Below are positions 6,191 through 15,200 of a stretch of 57,313 bases of DNA, piece by piece. Under the pieces are notes generated by a model that worked only from the letters and a program-made list of their open reading frames with translations, did no database searches and was not told the DNA's origin. Source of the DNA: Gemmataceae bacterium (GTDB lineage Bacteria; Planctomycetota; Planctomycetia; Gemmatales; Gemmataceae); assembly GCA_031396905.1 (NCBI GenBank), contig JANNLP010000383.1, positions 1 to 57,313 of the forward strand. The letters run 5' to 3'. The position numbers and the translations under genes are program-made. Within the stretch, counting starts at the first letter, position 1. Each line of letters opens with the position of its first letter.

Positions 6191-9031
6191 ATGACCACTC
6201 GTAACGATGCGCCGGGACTGCCGCCGGAACAGATCATTGCCAGCCGCGCCAAGCATGGCACCAATGTGTTGACGCCGCCGAAGCGCGAACCGTGGTGGCG
6301 GCAATACCTGGCCAAGTTTGACGACCCGGTGATTCGCATTCTGATGATCGCCGCGGCCGTCGCTATCGCCGTCGGTGCTGCGGAGGGTCACTATGCCGAG
6401 GGTGTTGGCATCGTTCTGGCCGTGTTGTTGTCCACAGGGTTGGCGTTTGCCAACGAGTTTCGTGCCGCGCGTGAATTCGACATTCTGAATCGCACTAGTG
6501 ATGATGTCGCGGTCACCGTTCGGCGGAGCGGCAATTTCACCACCGTGCCACGTCGCGATGTCGTCGTGGGCGACTTGGTGCAAGTCGAAGTCGGTGCCGA
6601 AATCCCCGCAGACGGCAAGCTCATCGAATCGGTCGGCCTCAAAGTCAGCGAATCACGGTTGACCGGCGAATCGAGGCCCGTTGACAAGCATGCCGATCCG
6701 GTGCATCACGATGACTCAGCTTATGCGCCGGATCATTTGTTGCGCAGCACGACCGTGGTGGATGGGCTTGGCCTTTTTAAGGTAATCGCCGTCGGCGACG
6801 GCACGCAGATCGGGCAAACCGCTCGCGCGGCTGCGGAAGAATCCGGTGTCGAGACGCCGCTGAATCGGCAACTGTTGCGCTTAAGCCAATGGATCGGCGT
6901 TGTCGGCTTCGGTGTGTCGCTGTTGACGTTCATCGCACTGGTGGCACGCGACCTGTTGACGAACGCGCTCGTGCTGAACGCGCAACAATGGTCGGTGGTC
7001 GCCGTTGCGGTCATCGGAATCAACATCGCGCTGGTGCGCGTTTGGCTCCCGATCGTGTTCGATGCACTGTATCTGACGGGTCTGAAGGTCAAACAACCCG
7101 CATGGCTTGAAGTCGAAGGGATATATGCGTGGTTGATAACTCTTGGACTGGGCATGGGCGTGATGGTCCTCGGTGCCATGATGGGTTGGCTTTTCGGTGA
7201 CTGGCCAGCACGGCCGACGGAGTGGCTGCCCGCGGAATCCGTCAAGGCATTTCTTGCTTACTTCATGATTGCCGTCACCATCGTCGTCGTTGCCGTGCCG
7301 GAAGGGTTGGCAATGAGCGTGACACTGAGTCTTGCCTATTCCATGCGCAAGATGACGGCGAGCAACTGCCTGGTCCGCCGACTGCACGCCTGCGAGACCA
7401 TCGGTGCGGCCACGGTGATTTGCTCCGACAAGACCGGCACGTTGACGATGAACGAGATGCGCGTGGTTCACGCGGATTTCAACGGCCCAATGGACTTGAT
7501 GGCCGAGGCCATTGCCGCCAACTCAACCGCACAACTGGATCGCTCCGGCGATGTGTACACACCGGTGGGCAATCCCACGGAGGGTGCATTGTTGTTGTGG
7601 TTGGCGGACAAAGGTCTTGACTATCACGGCATTCGCGCTAGCTTCAACGTCGCCGAGCAGTGGACCTTCAGCACCGAGCGCAAATTCATGGCCACGCGCG
7701 GCCGCTCCGCAAGCTCGGGCAAGAACGTAATCCATGTCAAAGGCGCGCCGGAAGTTGTGTTGGAACGGTGCACGGGGCAATCGGATGCGATTCGCCAGCA
7801 ACTTCGCGACTATCAATCACGCGGCATGAGAACTTTGGGTCTCGCTTATGCCGAGGTGGCCGATGTCTCGGCGGAGTTGGATCAACTTGCGCAGAATCTT
7901 ACCTGGCTCGGCGTGATTGCCATCGCTGATCCAATACGCCTTGAAGTACCCGCCGCGGTCGCCGCTTGCGGCTTAGCCGGAATCGCCGTGAAGATCGTCA
8001 CCGGCGACAATGCGGACACTGCGAAAGAAATCGCCCGGCAAATCGGCTTGTGGAGCGCGAACGAAGCACCAGCCGCCCATTGCACCGGCACTGACTTTGA
8101 AGCCATGTCGGACGATGATGCTTCCCGCGCGGCGAAGGAACTCAAGGTGCTTTCCCGCGCACGCCCGGCCGATAAGTTGCGGCTAGTGCGGTTGTTGCAA
8201 AAACAGGGCGAAGTCGTCGCCGTCACCGGCGATGGCGTGAATGATGGACCCGCACTCAATTATGCGGACGTGGGTTTGGCGATGGGCAAGACCGGCTCGG
8301 CGGTTGCCAAGGAAGCCAGCGACATTATTCTGCTGGACGATTCGTTTCAGAGCATCGTCAATGCGGTAATGTGGGGCCGTTCTCTGTACGAGAACATTCA
8401 ACGTTTCGTGTTATTCCAATTGACGATCAACGTGGCGGCGCTGGCGGTGGCGTTTCTCGGCCCGTTTCTCGGGTTTCAGTTGCCGCTCACGGTCATGCAG
8501 ATGTTGTGGGTCAACTTGATCATGGACACGTTTGCCGCGCTGGCCCTGGCGACCGAGCCGCCAAATGCTGCCGTGTTGAATCGTCCGCCGCGCGATCCGA
8601 AGGCGTTCATTGTCACGCCGACGATGGCCCGCAACATCTTCGGCACCGGCATCATGTTCGTCGTGGCCGTGGTTGGGTTGATTTTGATCCTGCAGTACAA
8701 CGGCGCTTTGCCGGCGGACAACGCACCGTCGCGCGGCAGCTCCATTCTGTTTTGCGTGTTTGTATTTCTGCAGTTCTGGAACCTATTCAATGCCCGCACT
8801 TTGGGCGGCACACGCTCGGCCTTTGATGGCTTGCGGCACAACCCCGCTTTCATCGCCATCGTGGTGGCGATCTTCATCGGCCAGGTGCTGATGGTGCAAT
8901 TCGGCGGCCAAGTGTTCCGTACGGTGCCGTTGCCGTGGCTCGATTGGTTGCTGGTCGTCGTCGGCACTTCGGTCGTCCTAATTGTTGGCGAGGTGATGCG
9001 CTGGCGCTACCGGAAACCAGCGGCCGCCTGA
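6191..9031 (+). CDS. Cation-translocating P-type ATPase, Ca2+-ATPase-like (P2 type)
   Basis: It carries DKTGTLT (CSDKTGTLTMNEM), TGES, TGDGVNDGPAL, VTGDNADTA and about 10 TM segments. The start is at MTTRNDAPGLPPEQIIASRAKHGTNVL. Confidence 0.93.
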   Translation: MTTRNDAPGLPPEQIIASRAKHGTNVLTPPKREPWWRQYLAKFDDPVIRILMIAAAVAIAVGAAEGHYAEGVGIVLAVLLSTGLAFANEFRAAREFDILNRTSDDVAVTVRRSGNFTTVPRRDVVVGDLVQVEVGAEIPADGKLIESVGLKVSESRLTGESRPVDKHADPVHHDDSAYAPDHLLRSTTVVDGLGLFKVIAVGDGTQIGQTARAAAEESGVETPLNRQLLRLSQWIGVVGFGVSLLTFIALVARDLLTNALVLNAQQWSVVAVAVIGINIALVRVWLPIVFDALYLTGLKVKQPAWLEVEGIYAWLITLGLGMGVMVLGAMMGWLFGDWPARPTEWLPAESVKAFLAYFMIAVTIVVVAVPEGLAMSVTLSLAYSMRKMTASNCLVRRLHACETIGAATVICSDKTGTLTMNEMRVVHADFNGPMDLMAEAIAANSTAQLDRSGDVYTPVGNPTEGALLLWLADKGLDYHGIRASFNVAEQWTFSTERKFMATRGRSASSGKNVIHVKGAPEVVLERCTGQSDAIRQQLRDYQSRGMRTLGLAYAEVADVSAELDQLAQNLTWLGVIAIADPIRLEVPAAVAACGLAGIAVKIVTGDNADTAKEIARQIGLWSANEAPAAHCTGTDFEAMSDDDASRAAKELKVLSRARPADKLRLVRLLQKQGEVVAVTGDGVNDGPALNYADVGLAMGKTGSAVAKEASDIILLDDSFQSIVNAVMWGRSLYENIQRFVLFQLTINVAALAVAFLGPFLGFQLPLTVMQMLWVNLIMDTFAALALATEPPNAAVLNRPPRDPKAFIVTPTMARNIFGTGIMFVVAVVGLILILQYNGALPADNAPSRGSSILFCVFVFLQFWNLFNARTLGGTRSAFDGLRHNPAFIAIVVAIFIGQVLMVQFGGQVFRTVPLPWLDWLLVVVGTSVVLIVGEVMRWRYRKPAAA

Positions 9032-9220
9032 TCGTTGCACGATGAGGTCCGGAGGTACGGATTACGGCGGAAATGACGGCCTCGTTTGCCCATTTTGACT
9101 CTCCCGAACTCTCCACCCACTCTTGCCTGACCGACAATAGTGAAAGGGTCCAACTTTCTCTAGCTACGCCGGCCGTGCGCGCGCGCCTTGCGCCCGCCGA
9201 ACCGTTTTGAGGTGCTACCT

Positions 9221-12200
9221 ATGTCGCGCTCCTGGTTGCGTCGGTTGTTTAGCCGCAAAGTTTCGCCGATCCGCACGACCCAACCCTCCGCGCTGCAACC
9301 ATTGCTGCGGCTCGAAGACCGAATCACGCCGGCGTTTAACACCACAATTTCGGCGCTTGCGACCGCAAACGTCGCGGTAGTGACCGCCGCAGGCACGACC
9401 ACATACACAGCAAATGCGGCGGGCGCGAATGTGGCGGTCGCCGACGTTGCCACCGAGTTAATGGCCGGCAACAACGTAGTCATCGACAGTGGCTTGCTGG
9501 GCACGGAGGCCGGCAACATCTCCACCTTCGGCCCCGGAATCGGCTTCGCCAACAAAGTGGGCACATCGCTGACGCTGCAAACGGGCAGCGGCGTGGGATT
9601 GGTGGGCGACATCACGATTATTGATATTTCATTTGCCAAAGCCGGCAGCTTCATCGCCACGGCCAACGGCAGTTTTTCCGGCTCGGGTTTGGATGTCACG
9701 TCGATTGATCTTCGAGCCGCCACCGGTTCGGTCGCATCATCGGCGACTTTGAAGGGCAGCGACCTATTCGTTTCCGCGGCGACCGGAATCGGATCGTCGG
9801 GTACACCACTGCCGACGACCGTCGTCAATCTCACCGCGGTAACGGCGGGTGCGGGTGCCGGCATTTTCGTAGCAGAGTCCGATGACCTCAAACTGGCCAA
9901 CGTCAACGGAGTCAACGGTGTTTCTGCAGCTGGTGGTGGCACCGTGTCCCTGGCGACGACCAACGGCGACATCGACACGAATGGCCGCACTGTTTTCTCC
10001 GGTGCCAGCCCGATCGATATCAAGGTTGGCGGGTTGGATCAGACGTTCAACAACGCGTCGGGTTTGGTGCAGACGCTTAACAAAGCAATTTCGATTACCG
10101 CGGATCACGTGGTGCTCGGCAATCAGGCGGATAGCATCAACGCTGGCACTGGTGACGTGACGCTGACCTCGTTTACCTCAGCACGGCCAATCAACCTCGG
10201 TTTGGTGACCGACCCGAATGGCACGTTGAGTATCTCCGATGCCGAACTCGATACGATCTCGGCGACAGTAGGCTTGGTCACCATCGGCGACTCGTCGTCC
10301 GGCACCATCACGGTGAGCGCCACGATTACCTTCCCGCACGATTTGACTTTGATTTCCGGCGCGGGCCTCGCTGGCTCCGGCGACATCATCAACGGCTCGG
10401 CTACTGCGACGACGCTGACCATCGATCAGGCCGGCAACTCAACTTATTCCGGAGCCCTCGGCGGCCCTTCCGGCGGCACGGCTAACGACAAGAATCTGGC
10501 CTTCGTGAAGCTGAAAGCTGGCGTACTCACGCTTACGGGCAACAGTACTTACACCGGTACCACCACTGTCAGCGCGGGCAGCTTGCTGGTCAACGGCACA
10601 TCAGGCGTCGGCACCACCACGGTGAAGTCCGGCGCGACGCTCGGCGGCACGGGCACCATCGGCAAATCGAATAGCACCGATGTCACGGTCGAAAGTGGCG
10701 GCACGCTCAGCCCTGGCGATGGCGGTGTCGGCACGCTGACAATCGGCGATGACCTGACTTTAGACACCGGCTCAACACTCGTTATTGATGTTGTCGGCAC
10801 GAAGTCGGATCAGGTGATCGCCAAAAAGACAAACATCGGCGATGGCGTTAACCTGCTGGGCACATCCACGTTGCCATTGATTGGAGCGGCCTACACAATT
10901 ATCAGCGGGTCAATCTCGACCACGGGCAACGGCTTCAAAGATGTTAACGGGACGAACCTGACGCCAAACAAAGGCGGCCCGATTCTCCTGGGCACCACGC
11001 AATTCAATTACGACTACTCGCTTACTAAGTTCCGGCTGACCGCCATCGGCACGACGGTATCCATCGACGGCGGCGGCAACCTTGTCATCAATGACGTCAC
11101 GGACAAGGACGACACGCTGACGATTTCCCGGGTCGGTGCGAACATTCGCGTCTTCGATCCTAATAACGCGATGCTGGCCGGCGCGGGTGTCACGCAAATC
11201 GATACCAACACCGTCGAAGCACCATTCGCCAACATCACCGGCAAGATCAACGTGACCACCGGCAAGGGCGATGATTTCGTCTCACTGCTTTTGGCGGGCG
11301 GCATCATTCCGACCGCCGGCATCACCTTTGATGGCGGTAACACCGGCCAGGATTCATTGGCAGTCACCGGCTCGGGCGTGGAAATCGCTAACTACACGCC
11401 ATCGGCCACCACCATCGGTTCGGGCGTCGTTTCCATCGGTGGCAAGAACATCAACTTCAGCAACCTGGAGCCGCTCGACATCAGCGGCATGTTGTCGGCG
11501 ACGGTGACGCTGCCCGGCGCTAACGATCAGGTGGATGTCATCAACGGCTTTGATGATGCGACGGGAGCGATTCCCGCACTGGTCGTCAGTGGCAAGTCGG
11601 CCGGCGTCGCCTTTGAAGCGGCCCACCTGTTCGACAACACCACGGCCACGATTGACACGACAGTTTCCGACGGCGTGGACACGATCACAATCACCAGCGC
11701 CGACAACGTTCACAAGAACACGAACCTGATTATCAACACTGGCACCAAGGGTGACACGCTGACGATCAATGGCGCGGTCGCCGCCGATGGCGACATCAAG
11801 TTCACATCCAATGCCATTACCGTGAACGCGGATATCACAGTGGCCACCCGCGACATCGTGTTGACTGCCACCGACACCGCCACCGTGGGCGCGGACAAGA
11901 TCACCGTGAAGACGGGCGTGACCGTAGTCGCCACGGCCGGCATCACGACGCTGCAAGCCGGCGACGATGTGGTGATCGACGGCACCGTGAAAGCCACTGC
12001 GAAGGCTGTAACAATCACCGCCGCGTTCGGCGATGCGGATGCCGGCGGCGCAATCAATGCAGCCGGAACCATCACCGCGGGTACCGACGTGACGCTATCC
12101 ACCCGCGACGATATCACGTTGGCCACCGTCAACGCGGGGGCAACGGGCGTCGTGACTGTTTCGAGTTCGGTAGGGAACATCTTCGACGATGACAACGATG

Positions 12201-15200
12201 CGACAGTGATCAGCGGCGACAAGCTGACACTTTCAGCCGTACGAGCGATTGGCAAACCGGGTGCCTTGGCGGATATCGATTCGAAAGTCACATCGGTCAC
12301 GGCAACGACCACAGGCGCGGGGCCGTTTGTCGGCGCTCCAACTCCTGGCATCTGGGTCACGGACACCGATGCATTGACCGTCACCAATGCGACGACGACG
12401 GGAGACGGTGTAATTCTGATCGACGCCGGCACCAGCCTGGATGCTCAAACCGTTGTGGCCAACGGAACGGGACGCAATGTCCGATTACAGGCGCTGAGCG
12501 GCGACCTCACCATTGGTTCCGTAACTGCGACCGGCGATAACGTCCGATTGTCCGCGACTGGGAAGATCATTGACGGCAATGTAGCTGCCAACAACGTCAG
12601 CGCAACGGGCCTGGTCCTGACAGCAGGAGCAGGAATCGCATCCTCGGCCGATCCGCTGGAAACTACGATCGTCAATTTAGCATGGACCGCCGGCACCGGC
12701 GGACTTGCCCTCAGTAATACTGGTGCCCTGACCGTCGCCTCAGTGACCGCATTCGGCACGTTAGCTGGCGGTGCGGGCGCGGCCGATCAGACCATCAAGA
12801 GCGACGGCGCGGTCGCCATCAACGAAGTGGTCAACACGGGTGCCGCGACGTTCCGCATCAGTGCCGGCGGCGATGTGACGCAAACCAAGGCCATCACTGC
12901 GAAGACGCTCGGCGTTAACACAAGTGGCGCAATCACGCTGAACGCGGCCAATGCCGTAGACAATGTCGCGCTTGAATCCACGGGCGGCAAAGCCATTGCG
13001 TTTACCTCCGCCAACGATCTCACCATCGTGACAGTGACGGCGGATGGCGCACTGTTCCCGGCGACGACGGGCGTCAAGACAGTGGGTGCCACTGTCACCA
13101 TCAACAACGCGGGTAAGACACTCACGGGCAATCAAGCCGTAACGAGTGGAAGCAAAGACATCACGCTGACGGCCAAGGACTTCGTCATCACCACGGCGGT
13201 TAACGCCGGTACGGCTTGTGTAATTGTCCTGCCAGGTGCAGGCAACACCATCACGCTGGGCACCGGCGGTACGCTCGACGACGTCGAATTGGCTTTGATC
13301 ACCGGAGCTGTGCTGCAGATCGGCGATTTCACGAACAGCGATATTTCCGTAGTCGGCACAGCGACACCCGGCCCCGCCACGCTGGATCTCCGCGCGGCGG
13401 GCAACATCAGCTCGACAGCGGCCGGCAAACTTACGGTGACCAATCTCGCGCTGCAAACCAATGCCGCTGCCAACACAATTGACTTCTCGCTGGGCACCCA
13501 CAATGCTAGCGTGCTGGCCATAGCGGCCGCCGGTGACGCGACTTATGCGGACAGCAACGCGTTGATCGTGGGCGCCGTAGCTGTTTGTCCGTCGTCTGTG
13601 CCAGCCACAGTGACTGGTGCGGTTTCGGCGAATGGCAACGTGAATGTTTCGGCAGCCGGGCTGTTGACGATCAGCAATGTGGTCACCGCCAAGACCGATG
13701 TGGCGCTGACCACCACCGGCGCGGGCAACAGCATTGGCGTGAATGCCGACGTGACCGCGACCTCTGGCAAGGCCGTCATCACGGCCGCCGGGTCCATTGG
13801 TCTTGCTGCAAATGTGACGGCCAACTCCCGCCTCACGTTGGACGGCGGTACCGGTATCAATCAAACGGCCGGCAAACTGACCGACACGGGGTTGGAGATT
13901 CTCGGCGGCGGCACCGCCACTCTGAAATCAGCCACGAACAACGTCGCCACTATCGCCATCAACTCCACCGGCGATGTCACCTACGTGGATGCCGACAATC
14001 TTGCGGTCGGTACGGTCGGTGGCACAGTCAACATTACGGCTACAGGCAAAGCGGTTCGGCTGGATTCTGTTGCCGGGAAAGTCACCGGCAGTGGCGCGAC
14101 GGATGTGTCGGCCGATTCGCTGGTTGTGAAGGCGTCCACCGGCGTTGGCCCACTCAATACTAAGATTGCCAAGCTGGAAGCGCAAACAACCACTGGCGAC
14201 ATCACCATCAACAACACCGGCGATCTTGCCATCGGCGGCGTGGCGGCGGACCTGCCGGGTGTGAAAGCCGACGCGGGCACGGTGAACATCACCGTGAACA
14301 CCACGAGGCTATCCGCAACCACCGAAGGCATTTCGGCCGGCACCGATGTGAATCTGACGGCTGACGCCATGACGTTCACGCAGCCGATTAATGGCCAATG
14401 CGTGATGCTCACGCAATTCACGGCCGCCAACAAGATCGACCTGGGCGGAGCCGACGCGGCCGGCACGTTGGCACTCGACAACACCGACCTCGCCAGCATC
14501 ACGACGACTAAAGGCCTGCGCATCGGCCAGGCCGCAGGTGGCGCGGTCACCGTATCAGCCGCGGCAAAGGCCGCTGGTCCGTTGGAATTGATCGCCGGTG
14601 CGGGTGGCATCGCCAAAACAGGTGCCGGCACGTTGGAAGTGGGCCAGTTGCTTCTGCAATCCACCGGCAAGGTCACGCTCGACAATAGTAACAAAGTCTC
14701 GAAATTAGCTGGCAAGTCTAGCGACGACTTCACGTTCACTAACGATAAGACCGTGAAGCTGGCGCTTGATACCGTCACCGTTTGTGGCGACACGCTGGTC
14801 GGCATCGACGCCTCGGGCAAGAAGATCACGCTAACCGGCGATCTTGATATCAAGGCGGCGATCACCGGCGATTGCGTGGTCTTCCTAGGTGCCAATGCGG
14901 GTGCGGCGATCAATCTCGGTACGGAATTCACCGATGCCGAGTTGGATCAGGTTAAAGCCAATGTCGTGCAACTCGGCAATGCGGCGACCTTGGCCGTCTC
15001 CGTGTCCGGCGCGATTTCGCTCGCGGCCGGTAAGGTGCCTACGCTTGAGCTACAAACCGGCGGTACGATTTCCGGCGCTGGCACGCTTGCTGTTCAGAAA
15101 CTCATAGCGGATAGCGTAGCGGCTGTCACACTCGGCGGCGGCAATGATGTGGATCTGTTTGCCGCGATTTCGACGGGAGCCATCACGTTTAATGACAGCG

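Noticed and set aside
6113-6339. N-terminal extensions of the divergent TPR (to 6339) and ATPase (from 6113) ORFs, which would overlap each other.
   Set aside because: The internal Met starts at 6114 and 6191 remove the overlap. For the ATPase, this reproduces the usual N-terminus of the family.
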